Shown: positions 1 through 13,401 of the stretch, piece after piece
How positions within the stretch are numbered: the stretch's first letter is position 1
Layout of the letters: the number at the start of each line of letters is the position of its first letter
Assembly (NCBI GenBank): GCA_030390025.1
Contig: CM059431.1
Span: 124,684,001-124,748,000 of the forward strand
Direction of reading: 5' to 3'
DNA length: 64,000 bases
Source: Squalus acanthias
Lineage: Eukaryota
Position numbers and translations under genes: made by a program
The notes under the pieces: generated by a model
Databases searched by the model: none
What the model saw: only the letters and a program-made list of their open reading frames with translations
What the model was told of the DNA's origin: nothing

Positions 1-1518
1 GATAAAGACAGGATGCAACCTGTTTGCATTTGTGACAATAGCAAAAGATATGAGTGCTGGAATCGTTTTCCATGCACAAGTAAGGACCATTGTACTGGGC
101 AATCGAAGGCCCATCCAGACACATCAATACACAAATACCCCCACGGCTCTACAATGAGAGAGACATCGACGGGTGATTAAGCAAGCATTCGGGGGCCCCC
201 AAAACCCAGCCAGGGGAGGCTCCTAGCCGGTTCAACAATAGGGAAAACATTAACGGGTAGTTGGCCAGTTTCAGGTGCTACCGAAACCCGTTAAGGAAAG
301 AATCGCCCCATGCTGGGAGTTTTGAGTGCCAATATTATACAAAGGACAAACATTAAGATTTGGGTGGGAGATAAGGGAACACAGCACTATAACTATAGTG
401 AACAAATGTCCATCGCTCTTATTCTCTTATCTCGCTGCTGACTGCTGAGGGTTTATTCTCTTATTCCCTTGATTCGACTCCTGACACGCTCGATCGCGGG
501 CTGAAGCTCTTCTCTAGGGCTGGACTCTGTTGACTCTGGACTTTTAGCCGTACTGGACGGTTATTTGAATGTTAGGTGGAGCTCAATCGGAATGAGCCGC
601 CTCGACAAGGGCAAGTGACCGGGTGCACCATCCCGAGAGTCGGTAAACGGTGTCTGGACCCGAAGGCCCAACAAGACAAGACGAAATGACAAGAAAAGAA
701 GAATCCACGTGCCGCCGCGGTCAGTAAACCCCGACCGCGCCCGAAAATATAGGACCCACTTCTTGAATTCTACAGGTTATTGCACGAACCGGTTTTTGGG
801 TCCATCGAACTCCTCACAACAACAAGAAAGACTCTTCTTTGAATTCTACCGACAACTGGTGTCGGTACAGGAAGACTTTTCTTTGAGTTCTACAGCCGGG
901 CCCGAGTTCTGTCGAGTTCTTCATGACAACGGGGAGCCCGGCCTGCTTGCCGCAGCAGCGAAGATAAACAAGTGGGGCACAGAGACCCCTCCAAACACGT
1001 GACAGTCAGGCGCTGCAGCGAAACGAGCCGAGTGCCTGACTTTAAAATTCTCTGAAGTATCACGAGTGGTGAGCATGTTTCCCGATCCTACAAATCTAGA
1101 TGTAGTGTAGGTATTGATAGGGGAGGGTGGTTTTATTAAGGATAAAGTATAATATGTTCCCCTTTTTACGATGTGCCGTGCGTTCTTCATTACCATAGAC
1201 CAAGCTTTATGAATGTATGTATACTTGTACTCTCGTTAATTTGCACCTATGACATGTACTTCATGATTTTGGAAGCTATGCAATAAAGATTTCCATTTCG
1301 TACTATTCAACCGGGTCTATTTGAGTTTTTCTCTGCATTACTGCTCTCGCACGTAAGTCCAGTGTTAGAACCGTAAGGGCGAGGGGGTCGAACCACTCAC
1401 AGGTGCTTATTGCAGCAAGGCTGGCCGGAGACCAGAGCAAGCAATAGCATTAGACAACGAAGGCCCAACCTCGCACCAGCACCGTCTGTGATACAAGCAC
1501 GCCAAAAAAACCCTGACA
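1..1518 (+). repeat. 5' LTR of copy A (partial)
   Basis: Ends ...CCCTGACA, then GAAAA and PBS; AATAAA at 1282-1287; homologous to 61347-62991. Confidence 0.92.
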
Positions 1519-1522
1519 GAAA

Positions 1523-3346
1523 ATGGCGACCGCGGCAGGACATTGGCAGCGAGAGAGTAATGTTTTAGACCCTGGTGCGAATAGGCGAAATGTGATGGAT
1601 GAGAGGGTAGCCGACTATGTGTTTGGGAAGGTTAACTTAACCAAAAGGTGGATAAGTGACCTGCTGATGGATAAGCGTCCGCTAGACGCCGCTATCAAAT
1701 GGACAGGCAGTAAAGAGCATAAGAAGTCGGTAGAGAAAGCGGTCTGGCTGATGTGCTACAAGAAGCAAGTCCAACTTTCGGACCAGGTCACTGTGGCACA
1801 GGCAGCTCAGATCAGGGATTTGGAAGTTGAGATGGAGGAAAAGATCACGGGAGGACAGAAACTCATTGCATCATTGAATGCGTTACATCAGGAACGCCAG
1901 ATAGTAGCCAACCACCATGAGGCAAAAATTGATTACCTAGAGTGTCAGGTCACGGAAGCGAAATTAAACGAGGGTAAGATTAGAGAACGGTGTGCCTGCC
2001 TAGCTAACCAGATAAAAGCCCAAGAAGAAAGCTTGAAGTGAGTTAGGGCGGCATATAAGATGGCCCTCGAGGATAGGCATGATGGAGCCGACCACAGTGA
2101 TTGCCAGAAGGAGATAGGGAACCTAAGAGAGGCCCTGAATAATCCAAACGGCTTGGTGTGCCTCATCAGCCCGTCAGCAAACCAGCCACAGGTGGGTAGG
2201 GAATTCCCAAAATCCCTACCAGACAAAGCAGAGGAGGTATTTGCCACTGCGCCCTCCGCGCCACCCAGCTATTCGGCAACCTGGGTAAGGGAGGAAGTGG
2301 TGGAAATAGAAAAGGAGGTTCCCGAGGTAGGACAATCCCCGGAGGTAGAGTCGAAACCGGGACCGATGTGTCCGCTCCGAGGTCACAAGAGAGGTCCGGG
2401 TGGGGCAAATGGGGCAGAGGGGGATGTCCTGAACCAGCTTGTATTGCCTCACAGCTCACACCAGCTGAGAGCAATGATTAGTCATGTACGGAAGCAGTCC
2501 GAGTCAGACGACCCTTCCGTACACTTTAGGGAGGTAGAACAGACCGCAGCAATTAATGGCTGCGACGATGAGGAAAAGACCAAAATGTTGCTGTTCTCCT
2601 CAGATAGCTCGATCCTCCAGTGTCTCTCAGACGAGAGCAAGAAGGGAAATAAAACCTATGAGGAGTTAAGGGACGAGGTCCTAGAAGTGTTAGGGGCGGA
2701 TGACGAAGGTCCGTTCGTCAGATTGAGTCAAACCCTACAGATGGAGGGAGAACCCCCGAAGGTTTTCGCCGACAGACTGTGGCCAGTATACCAGCGTAGC
2801 TGCCCAGGTGTGCCACGCGCCACCGCCTGGGACGGTGCCGGTTTAACTCATTTGCTCAGGTGTTTAGTAGCCAACAGCTTGCCAGCCGTCAGGGAGCAGG
2901 CCAAAGCGTGGTTTGATCCCACAAACCCCGCCACAACAGAGGAGTCTGTCCTAAATCGACTCACCATAGGGTATCGTAACACTAGGAGCACGGGAGCGCG
3001 TCCCCTTAAGGGAAAGGTGCATGAGGCATGGCACGCAGCCCCGGCTCAAAAGGAGTGGCATCAGGAGGGAAACCGCGCCCCACAAGCCAGTGGTGCTTGT
3101 TACGGGTGCGGGATGACAGGTCACTGGCGTAAGAACTGTAGGAACCCCTGGAAGGACCCCAGGGATAAAAATCCCGCAGCCCGAACCCAAGTGCCTGTCT
3201 CTGAGAGAGGAGCTGGTGTGCCTATCCATCCCGATGCGATAGAATCAATGTTGGGAGCTATGCGGTTCCTTATGATTTTGCAAGGAAGGGTGGCAGTCGC
3301 AACCGGCCTCACAGATGCCACAACCCCGTCCACCAGTACCCAATGA
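1523..3346 (+). pseudogene. gag: gag of copy A, premature TGA at 2039-2041
   Basis: ORFs 1523-2041 and 2060-3346 are in one frame and colinear with intact Gag of copy B; PSAPPSY motif; CYGCGMTGHWRKNC zinc knuckle. Confidence 0.9.
1524..1541 (+). promoter_or_regulatory. Primer-binding site, tRNA-Arg(UCG), overlapping the gag ATG (1523)
   Basis: TGGCGACCGCGGCAGGAC is complementary to the vertebrate tRNA-Arg-UCG 3' end ...GUCCUGCCGCGGUCG-CCA (recalled sequence). Confidence 0.85.
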
Positions 3347-6300
3347 CTAGAGCCCGCGCAGCCCGTTTACCTGTGTCCTCTCAGCTATGATGCGTGGAAA
3401 AGACCCCTGGTTGAGATGGAGGTAGAGAAGCAGAAGGGTAGTTATTTGTTGGACACGGGAGCTTCATGCACCGTGATTCATACGGATAGCCCCTTTGACT
3501 CACCACTGTCTACCAAGGTCCCATTCAACTTAGCGGGGTTCATGGGAAAAGAGCAGGCTGGCGCATTCTCCATTCCACTCTCCATTCATTTAGGAGCACT
3601 CCACACCACATGGAAGTGCATACTGATGAAATGGCAAGAGGGGGGTGGCAGAGGTATCCTCGGATCGGATCTCCTATCAGAACACGGGATCCTCGTGGAC
3701 CTTAGGAATCACTGTCTCTGGGGAGCCAAGGGTGGGAAAGGCAAGGTAGTTGTAATGCCGGGGAAGGAAGGTAAAGGGGCCCTGTGTACCATGAAGCCAT
3801 CCGGAGGTTACGACCTCGGGCTTATGGTCGCGGATGTCCCAACGGACATGCAAGCGTACGTGTCAGATAATATGCACGCGTTTGCAACCCACAAGCACGA
3901 TTGTGGGAGGGTTACCGGGTTTGAGGTCAGCATAGACGGGGACCCCATGACCCGGCCCCAAAAGCAGTATAACTTCCCCAAAGAAGCAGAACCCGACATG
4001 GAGACAGCAATGTCTTCCTTGGTGCAGCAGGGCGTGTTGAGGCCGATAGCCACACACGTGAACTCCCCATTATGGCCGGTGAGGAAGCCGGATAATTCGT
4101 GGATGGCCACGGTGGACTACAGAGTCCTCAACAGTAACATCCCCGCCTGCGCGCCCACCATAGCAGCAGTTGCTGACCTAATAGGGAGTATCCCAGCGTC
4201 CGCGACCACGTTCACGGTGCTGGATATCTCGAACGGTTTTTGGTCCAGCCCGCTGCGGCTAGAGGACCAGTACAAGTTTGCCTTTACTTTTAAAGGACAA
4301 CAGTATACATGGAACTGTTTGCCACAGGGTTTCCACAACAGCCCCAGTATTTTCCACCAGTGTATGGCAGGAAGTTTAAAGGAGTTTAGTCAGCCCAATC
4401 AGATAGTGCAGTACGTGGATGATTTGTTCCTGTTCACGGACTCAAGGGAGGAGCATGGACCACTGCTAGCCGAGTTTTTGGAGCTGCTAGGGAGAAAGGG
4501 TTTTAAAGTTAACCCTAAGAAAGCACGTATCGGTCAGCAGGAAGTAAAATTCCTGGGTCTGACCATTCGCGCTGGGGAAAGAGCCATAGATAAGGCTAGG
4601 AGGGAGTCGGTGCAGGAGTTACCGATTCCCAACACCATAACGGGTGTGAGGTCCTTTCTGGGACTGAACGGAGACTTCATCGAGGACTATGCGGCCACAG
4701 CAGCACCGCTGCTCCGACTCCTCCATAAGGGAGTGGAGTGGTCTCGGGACGAGGGTTGTCAGGCAGCATTCGAGAAGTTAAAAAGGGATTTGCAGACCGC
4801 GCCAGCTTTAGGGGCCATAGATGGGGGGAAGGAGTTTTTCCTGGAGGTAGCTGCCAGCGGAGACAGCTTGAGCGCTGTGCTGCTCCAAGAGCGTCACGGC
4901 AAGCTGAGGCCGGTTGTCTATTCGTCCAGGGTGTTAACGGATGTGGAGAGGAGTTTCTCCAATTGCGAAAGGCATCTCTTAGCCACGCATTGGGCTGTGA
5001 AAAGATCAGCGATCTTCACAGGGCTCTCTCCCATCACTCTCCTCACCCATCACACACCAACTAAGATGCTTCTAGATGGGAGGATTAAGGATGGGACCGT
5101 AAGCAGCGCTCGCATTGCGCGCTGGACATTTCTCCTTTCCCAGATGGATCTTAGAGTTAAAGGTCTTTGCGAGCCCAGGCTCGCGGCCAACTTGGTGTAC
5201 CCCGGAACAGCCCACCGGTGTTCGGTGGAAGGGGTGTGGGAGGTCAACATAGGTTTGCGGGCCGGGATACATCCCACAGGTCGCGAGATTTATGTTGATG
5301 GTTCCAGCACAGTGTCCGCTGGCGAACGACTCACAGGGTGTGGAGTTTATGACCCTGCGGCAAACCTTGCCCTGGCAATTAAACTCCCCAGCACGATGAG
5401 CGCGCAGCAGGCTGAGCTGTCTGCGGTGGCGTACGTAGTGACCCACCCAGAGATTTTCCCAACCCCATACACGATTTGTTCGGACAGTATGTTTACGTGC
5501 AATTCGTGTACGGAACACCTGGCCATTTGGTCCCGCCGTGGTTACACCTCCGTGGACGGGCGACCTTTAACGGTGAAGCCCTTGCTGGAAAAGATCCTAG
5601 CAGCAGTAGGGGAGGAAGGGGAGATTTTCATCTATAAGGTGAAGGCTCACTCCTCCACAGAGCCCCGCGGGGAGGGCAACCAGCAGGCGGATGCGCTAGC
5701 CAGGGAGGGTGCCGTAGCGGCATTTTCTGGGACCCCTATAGACCCGCACCCGTGGCAGCGATCCAAGGCAGGGAAGGGAATCCTGGGAACACCAGGGTAG
5801 CACTGCCCCTAGACCTTAAGACCGTCCAGAACCAGGATCCCGCCCTAAAAGCAGTTCTCAGAACGATTATTGAGGGCAAGCAGGTAGAGGGCCCGTACAG
5901 TACGGCAACCCTCTCCGTTAAAGAAGGCATGCTGTTCCGCGAGGAACAGTGGGTTGTGCCGCAGCAGCACAGGAGGGAATTCCTCCAGTTGGCTCATGAG
6001 GGGCCGGGGGCAGGGCACCCCGGGCCCGAGGTTACCTGGCAACGGGTAGAGCAGGCAGGATGGTGGCCGGGACTCAGGGAGCAGGTCCGCGAGTTCTGTG
6101 CAAACTGTCTCGTGTGCGCTGCAAACAACCCAGACCCCCAGAAAAGGAAAGTGCACATGGGCCACATCAGGAGGGTAGAGGGACCATGGCAGTCGATACA
6201 GATCGATTACATAGGGTCCCTGCCCACCACCCAGGGAGGCTACAAATACTGCCTCGTCTTGGTGGATGTGTTTTCCAAATGGGTAGAAGCCTTCCCCTGT

Positions 6301-6737
6301 AGAACAGCTACGGCGCTGGGAACTGCCAAGATCTTGGTCGGAAGTGTTCTCACGGTGGGGACTCCCCCGTTTCGTGGAGTCAGACCAAGGGAGTCATTTC
6401 ACCGGCCAGGTGATGCAGAACACCCTCATGCTTTTGGGCATTGAAGGGAAGCGGCACTGTAGCGCACAATCCCCAGTCATCCGGGATTGTTGAACGCATG
6501 AACCGGACCCTAAAGGAGAAGCTGAGGAAAGAGACTATGAACTCGCCCCAAATATGGGCGGAGGTTCTGCCTCTAGTCCTCATGGGAATCCGGGCCAGCC
6601 AGTCGAAGAGTACGGGGTATTCCCCGTACGAGGTGATGACTGGGAGGATCATGCGAACCCCCACCCATGTACTAGCCCCGGTGCTCACTGAGGATCAGCT
6701 CCAAGAGGTGAAAAGGGACAAGTTTGTCCAGACCCTC
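3347..6737 (+). pseudogene. pol: pol of copy A (PR-RT-tether-RNase H-IN), frameshifted near 5712, 6340 and 6450, truncated in integrase
   Basis: LLDTGA protease, LPQG and YVDD RT, IYVDGSS...GNQQAD RNase H, H-H-C-C and QIDY integrase motifs. Confidence 0.92.
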
Positions 6738-6845
6738 ACAACAAGGCTGGCCGGAGACCAGAGCAAGCAATAGCATTAGGCAACGAAGGTCTAACCTCAC
6801 ACCAGCACTGTCTGTGATACAAGCACGCCAAAAAAACCCCTTACA
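6738..6845 (+). repeat. Remnant (U5 end) of the 3' LTR of copy A
   Basis: Matches 1413-1518 and 62885-62991; ends TTACA. Confidence 0.88.
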
Positions 6846-7643
6846 CATCCCTCTCCCGAACATCTGTCTGAGACTGAATCACACTGTTCGCAAACTTGGT
6901 GTCATATTTGACACTGAAATGAGCTTCTGACCACATATCCGCAGCATAACTAAGACTGCCTATTTCTACCCCCGTAACATCGCCTGTCTCCGCCCATGCC
7001 TCAGCTCATCCGCTTTTGAAACTCTCATCCATGCCTTTATTACCTCTAGACTTGACTATTCCAACGCACTCCGGACTGGCCTCCCACATTCTACCCTAAG
7101 TAAACTTGAGGTGATCCAAAACTTGGCTGCCCCTGTCCTAACTCGCACCAAGTCCCGTTCACCCATCACCCCTGTGCTCGTTGACCTACATTGGCTCCCG
7201 GTTAAGAAACGCCTCGAGTTCAAAATTCTCATCCTTGTTTTCAAATCCCTCCACGGCCTCGCCCCTCCCGAGCTCTGTAACTTCCTTCAGCAACCCTTCA
7301 GCAATCTCCCACAACCCCCCTAGATATCTGCGTTCCTCTAATTCTGCCCGCTTGAGCATCCCTGATTGTAATCACTCAATCATTGGTGGCCGTGCCTTCT
7401 GTTGCCTAGGCCCTAAGCTCTGGAATTCACTGCCTAAACCTCTCCGCCTCGCTACCTCTCTTTCCTCCTTTTCGATGCTCCTTAAACCTGCCTCTTTGAC
7501 CAAGCTTTTGATCACCTACCCTAATTTCTCCTTATGTGGCTTGGTGTCAAATATTTTTTGTCTTTTAATACTCCTGTGAAGTGCCTTGGGATGTTTTACT
7601 ATGTTAAAGGCGCTATATAAATACAAGTTCTTGTTGCTGTTGT
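6846..7643 (+). mobile_element. L2-clade LINE 3' portion (degraded ORF2 end and tail); the target of copy A
   Basis: VRKLGVIFD, LHWLPV, GGRAF...PKLWNSLP motifs; tail AAAGGCGCTATATAAATACAAG plus TTG repeats. Confidence 0.85.
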
Positions 7644-8009
7644 TTATGAGAATAAATTAAATAACGTGATCGGTCTGTTTTTTTCTTTTGTTTATTGGTA
7701 GATTTTCATCAATTACTGAGCTCTGATTTGTTGGCGCTGACTGTTTATTGGAACAATTTTATAAATTTCTTTTCTACTTCTTTATTGGCAAGGTTTTGCT
7801 CACCAGTCATAGTTCCAGAGTTCTGCTTTGTTGCTCTTTTACGAATATAAATTTTCGGCCAATCAGTTGCAAGTTTGATGCAAACTTTGAATGCAGGAAA
7901 TTGTGACAGCCATGTGCGACATTTGAGATATCATAAACATAATACGTGCACATGTAGTACTTTTATAGGACGATGGCTAGTTATATAATCAGATTTCTCA
8001 TTAGCTGCT

Positions 8010-8950
8010 TCAGAACAACAACTTACATTTATGTGGTGTATTTACATAGAAAAATGCCCTAAGACACTTTACAGAGGAGGAAAGAAGCAGACCCTAATCT
8101 TTTGAGGCAGGGCGATAGAAGAAGTGACCAAAGGCTTGGTTGACCACAGGGTTTGAGAAGGCTTTTGAAAGTGGTGAGAAAGGCAGAGAGGGACAGCGGC
8201 TCTGAGAGGAAACTCCAGAGAACACAGCTAAGAAAGTTAAAGGCTCTGGCATAAATGATTAAGTGGAGGATGTGGGAGTGAACAAGGAGACCAGGATCAT
8301 AGAACCAGAGAGCAAGAGAAGAGACAAAATTCTGGAGATGATTGCAATGGTAGGATGGAGGGCGAAGCCATGAATTTAGTAAAGTCCAAAGGTGACAAAA
8401 ATATGGATAAGGGTTTCTGTGGTGGTGAGTGAGGTGGGAGCAGAAACGGACAATGTTGTAAAGTTAAAAGTAAGTGGTCTTTTGAATTGGTATGGGGAGT
8501 TTGAAGATCAGATGTGTGCCAAACAGAACACCAAGGCTGTGCACACCATGGTTCAACCTGAGTGAGCAGCCAAGGTGGGGTGGGGGGTGGGGGGGGGGTG
8601 GTGGGGGAGGGGGTGGTGGGGGAGGGGGTGGGTGGAGGGGGCAGAAGGGACGGAGGAGGGGGGGGTGCGGGAGAGGATGGATCAGTGGTGTGTGAAGAGA
8701 TTTTGTTAGGTTTGGTGCATTTTGGTTTTCTGAAGCTCAATTGGAAGAAACTGTGTTTCATCATCCACAATTTAAAATCATACAGTCTGCCAGCGCAGAG
8801 GCAGTCGGGGTGTAAAGGGAACTGGTAGAGAGAGGTCAAGTTGGATGCGATTACCATAAGGAAGATGACCTCATTCCTGCAGGTGGTGTCACCTAGGGGC
8901 AGATAAGGAGAAGGAGCCAGCCAAAGATGAATCCATGAAGAGATCATTAT
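8010..8950 (-). mobile_element. Highly degraded L2-like LINE fragment containing a G-rich tract
   Basis: Minus-strand YLPLGD..RNEVIF resembles the L2 RT segment just before YADD; L2-like tail near 8015-8070. Confidence 0.5.
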
Positions 8951-10811
8951 TGTAGGGGCATCATGATTGGCTGCTACTTTGTTGTTGCCACTAATAAAAT
9001 AAAATGGTCATTAAAAATGGAGGAAACTTGGCCCCAAGTCAATTGGTATTGTCTTATTACCTTTGCTCTACTGAGGCTGTGCAATCCTTTGGTTAATCTG
9101 AAGCTATAAGATCCAGCAGGAGTTTCCATAGCTTTTTTGCTCTGAGTTAATTTTCTTCAATTGCATAACCATAGATCTATTTTTCTTGTAGCCTCGCCCC
9201 CCAGTTATGGGTTATTGTATACTATTAGTTTGAGACCTTCATTTTTATTAGATTTTTGTTCAAGCAAGTACTTTCTTTGCAGTTAGTTTCCAACATGTTC
9301 TGCTGTCTTTCGGCTTCGATTCAATTGTTTAGGCTGTTGCTTAGGGAGTTAGGATTCCACTTCTGTATCCATTTTTTTTCATTTTTATTTTATCTAGCAA
9401 GCATTTTGACATCCTTTAATAATGTAGAAATCTCCACTGTATTAGTGTTATCTTTTGTAGTGTTTGTTTTTTAAGCGTCTGTTTTTTATTGCTATCTGTT
9501 TGCCATTTTTTGAATTCATAATGTTATACTATTTTATTTATATCTAAAATTTCCTTTGCTGGGTGGGTTTTTATTAAAATCAGTGTTTAAAGTTGTCTTC
9601 ATGATATCTATAGCTAAAATCTCCATATTAATTCTGTATAATCATTTTTCAATATCGCGAGTGCTTGTATGTGCGACATGTTCCACACTCACACTTTTAA
9701 TAAAACATTCCTTACTCAATTTCCCTAGGATCTATTCCGGAACTGTGGCAGCAGGTTCATGTTGCTATTCTACTCACGGCTGTGCGTTTATAGCCCCATG
9801 TTTTTACAGCCCTAATGTTTGTAGATGGCTTTAAGCTATTTCTTCTTCGAGTCATTTAATAAAGAATATCTTTAACATATCTTCAATGTCTATGACTTAT
9901 CCTGACTTCTCTTTTGTTTCATATTGTTTGTTCGTACAGTAAGTTTATTGCTTATTTTGTACAGTGTTTTAGGTGTTAGTGCTCTGTCTCATCTGTCATT
10001 TGGTACAGAGTTATTTGTTCTATTATGCAGCTTCATTTTGCTCTGTTTGAATGTTACTTTTGTTCTTGTATGGTTGTGTTTTTTATTGAAGCCCATTTAC
10101 AGTATATTTAGTTGGCTACAGGTATTGTCAGCTTGGAAATTATTTTTGGCAATGTTGCTGCATGACTGGTTAATGTATCAAATTTATTTCTCCATTATTT
10201 TAGTTTATTCTAAACAAGTTAACAACCCTGTTAAAATTGCAAAGAAGAATTTGATACAAGCATGTTAAACAGTCGTATGATGACATCTAAATTTTAGCCT
10301 GTCATTTTTCACTTTCTACTTTATTTATCAATTTCATCTGTTTTCCGAGAAGCATGTGGCAGTTCAATGCAAGGGTCTCAAGAAGACTTTTTGGATGAGT
10401 CGTTTGATTACTGCCCCATTGTCAGATCACACACAAGGTAGGGCGGCGCGTATGTACCCAGCATATCAATACTGGGTACTTGACAGCCTGGTATACCATT
10501 TCCTGACATGAACCAACAGGTATATTTGCAACTGACATTTCTTGTTATGTTAATTGAAGTGTAGGGTTGCAGCAATCAACAATCACATCCCAGTGTTCTC
10601 CCATTGGTGCTGGAGCAGTGTTCAGAGCATCTTGATACTGCCCTTAACAATACTCTAATTGTTGGATTTTTAATCTGTCTGTATATTATTAAAAAACAGC
10701 AACTTGCATTTATATATAGTGCCTTAAACATTGTAAAACATCCCAAGGTGCTTCATTTTTCCAATCCAAAGTCCTATGTTAACAGTCCCTGTGGGGTTTT
10801 CAAAAGTAATT

Positions 10812-11537
10812 GGGGTAGAGTTTCCGCTTTGAGCGCATTCGCCGATTTAGGGCGCAAATTGCCCCCATTTTCAGAAGTGTTTCTTTTCTCAAGTTTAGGC
10901 TCAAACTCGTTTGCATATCACCGAACACAAAATCTGCCATGAACCAGCGCAATTGGGCAGTGTTTTAAAATGGAATTTTGAAAAAAAATTTGCTTTAAAA
11001 AATATCCTTGATATATTTAAGTGCGAACTTGATGCAGTTTGATTAATACAGCTGAAAATTAAAAATAAGCATTTTTAATCACATTGTCTTGTCCACCACC
11101 TGTGAGTAACCTGGTTTTAAATTACTTAAATTGTTTTTTTTAATATATAGAACCATTTACTAATTATATTGGGGTACAGTAGTCAGTTTCATAGTAAATT
11201 AAAAAAAATGCATTCAAAAGCATTTAAAACGTTCCTATTAGTGTCCTTGTGCCAAAAAGAACCAGCTTAATTTTTAGAGCCTCCTCGAAGGCCCGCAAAC
11301 GAGCCCAAATAGCGGAAACTCCCAATAGTGATTAATTCACCCAGGGGCGTGGCCAGTTTTGTGGGCAGGGCCTGCTTCTAGCACCATGCTTTTTAAACTA
11401 GCTCAAAAGATCACAGAAACTCGATTTGCACTGAACATAAATTGTGCTGAAAGTTTTACGATCTTTTGTGCTGGTTTGGCCGATTTTGGGCAAATTGCTC
11501 TGCAATAACCAGCGCCACCGAACGGAAACTCTACCCC
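10812..11537. mobile_element. MITE, probably PIF/Harbinger type
   Basis: TIRs GGGGTAGAGTTTCCG / CGGAAACTCTACCCC; 3-bp TSD ATT at 10809-10811 and 11538-11540. Confidence 0.8.
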
Positions 11538-11624
11538 ATTGTAGCCACACCTCTGTTGATGCCGCCCGTGTTATTTTAATGGGGAAATGTGACAGCCATT
11601 GATAGATAGCTTTTCATGGAATTT

Positions 11625-13401
11625 GGCTGCGATTTTCCCTACCTCGGCGGGTCCATGGCGGGCGATGTCGGTGGCGGTTCACAGTCCCACTGCTAGCTCC
11701 ATCCCGGCCTCTGACATGACTTTCCCCTGATTTGGTTTGTTAATCCTGCCCAGCAATTTTCCCGGCCATTTGAACGAAGCGGGTCGGATGATGTCATTTG
11801 ATGATGCATCATCAGTCGGTATCCTTAAAGTGGCCATGTGCAAATATACTTTGAAATTTCTGCTGTCAGTGTTCTACAGCATTGAGGTGTTGAACACACT
11901 GACAAGCACTGCACAGAGGTGCATGGCTGTGCCCGAGCTCTCCCAGGACTCCCTCCATATGCTTATGGAGGGAGTCACAACAAGCAGGGAGGTTCTCTTC
12001 CCTTCCAATGGGTGGAAGAGACTTCCCAAGGAGACCAACGCAGCCTGGTTGCACATTGCACAGGAGGGCACAAGCAAGGATGTTGTCAGGAGGACCAGGC
12101 TGCAGTGGCACAAACCCTTCAATGATCTCAGTAGATCACGAAATGTTACTGCCAAGCCAAACTCAACCTCATCCTGCTGTGCCACTCATCACATCTCCAT
12201 CAGTCTGCCTTCCCTACCCTACTCCTGTACATCTTTACTCACACCAACTTACTTTGCACCTCCACCCATCCCGCTCTATCTACATTATCACATCCCCATC
12301 TCACTAGCCAACCCTCACACTCACTCTCATCCGAGTCCAATCATACCAACTAACAACATAAAAGGGTAGGCACTAGGGTGTTTTAGCCAATGTTCATGTG
12401 ACGTTTCTGTTAATGTGCTGTCAAACATTGAAATCTTTATTATCAACACTTTGTGTTCTTGGACAGATTTGTGTGCACCTTTGGAAGTGGCTTAGTGAGT
12501 TGCAGTGAATGGTGAGACATAACAGTACCCCCCGCAATGGTGATGAGTGTGAAAGGAATGGCTTGGGCATTGTAGGGATGCTTTATGTTGTTGGTGTGGG
12601 GTGGTGCCAACCTGGCGCATCATGTGGCAGCCAGTGCGTGCAGCGTCAGGTGAAGTAAATCTGGCCATGGTGAGGCCATCCCTGTCCTCCCGGGCAGCAA
12701 GGTGGTCGGGTGCGGATGCCCTCTGTCCTATGCAGCATTGGGTGATTGCGGAGAAGGTTGGTGTGGTTGTTGGTGCTGCTGGTGGGCCTGGTGCTGCTGG
12801 TGTTGGGGCTGATCGTGGCCAGATTTTGAGGACCAAGGTGAGAGAGTATAAAGTGCACCCAAGCTGGCTGCTGGAATAGATGGCAGGTGAAGTAGAGATG
12901 ACAGAAGCGATCTGTCAATGGTGGGAGAAGTAATGAGGTCAGACTGGATGGAGACTTGTGTAAAGACTTGCAGCATTCTGAATCTGTAGTGGAAATGCAG
13001 TTTAGAGATGCTGCTGGTTAAGGGAACATTTCTCAATCAGCTGGGAGCTTTGACTTGACATTTGAAGCTGTCAACTCATCAGCTGATTCAATGGCCACTG
13101 ACCTCCTGCCTCAGCTTCACTGACGAGGTCTAGGCACAGCGGGAAACCAGTGGGCGGCCTGTCAAATTCAAAAAGCTGGGGAAAAAAACATGGTTAAGTG
13201 GTTGTAAACAAACCACTAATGATTTGAATTGGGTCCCCGCTGCTGCCTGTCGGGTCTGCTCAGCGCTGGCAGACCCGACATCAGGAGATGCAGGTGTGTG
13301 CACATTTTGACAGCGGGTTCACGATCCACTGTCTATCATTTTGTATTTCACAGCTGACCCGCCATCCATCCTGTCCGCTGAGCGCCGGCAAAATCACGGC
13401 C
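11625..13401 (+). mobile_element. Non-autonomous Harbinger-derived element with a decayed Myb/SANT-like exon
   Basis: Imperfect TIRs GGCTGCGATTTT / AAAATCACGGCC flanked by TTT; Myb-like remnant 11919-12140 (..AAWLHIAQE..PFNDLSRS); 12826-13330 is homologous to 36031-36550. Confidence 0.6.

Larger units (their letters stand above)
1..6845 (+). mobile_element. Copy A of the retrovirus-like (lokiretrovirus-like) LTR family; starts before the window; internally deleted (integrase C-terminus, env and most of the 3' LTR missing)
   Basis: LTR sequence 1-1518 closely matches LTRs at 57166 and 61347; PBS, gag, pol follow; integrase joins directly to the last ~108 bp of an LTR ending CCCTTACA at 6845. 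Confidence 0.92.

Noticed and set aside
760..925. Repeated TTC(T)TTGAATTCTAC motifs in the LTR as STAT or heat-shock elements
   Set aside because: Short imperfect repeats, absent from the copy B LTR and probably downstream of the start site; function unsupported.
709..1196. Short sense and antisense ORFs within the LTRs (also 38820-40108, 49746-51040, 57220-58276, 62275-62669) as accessory genes
   Set aside because: They recur only because the LTRs are repeated; frames are not conserved between subfamilies and no motifs are recognisable.
8576..8670. G-rich tract giving Gly- and Pro-rich ORFs
   Set aside because: Low-complexity expansion inside a decayed LINE; not coding evidence.
8960..10270. 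AT-rich hydrophobic ORFs; purine-rich minus strand that might be a decayed coding sequence
   Set aside because: ORFs reflect T-rich composition, stops occur in all plausible frames and no motif was identified.
10340..10520. Possible host exons (AG...GT-bounded open stretch)
   Set aside because: No recognisable protein similarity or partner exons; cannot be supported without transcripts or homology search.
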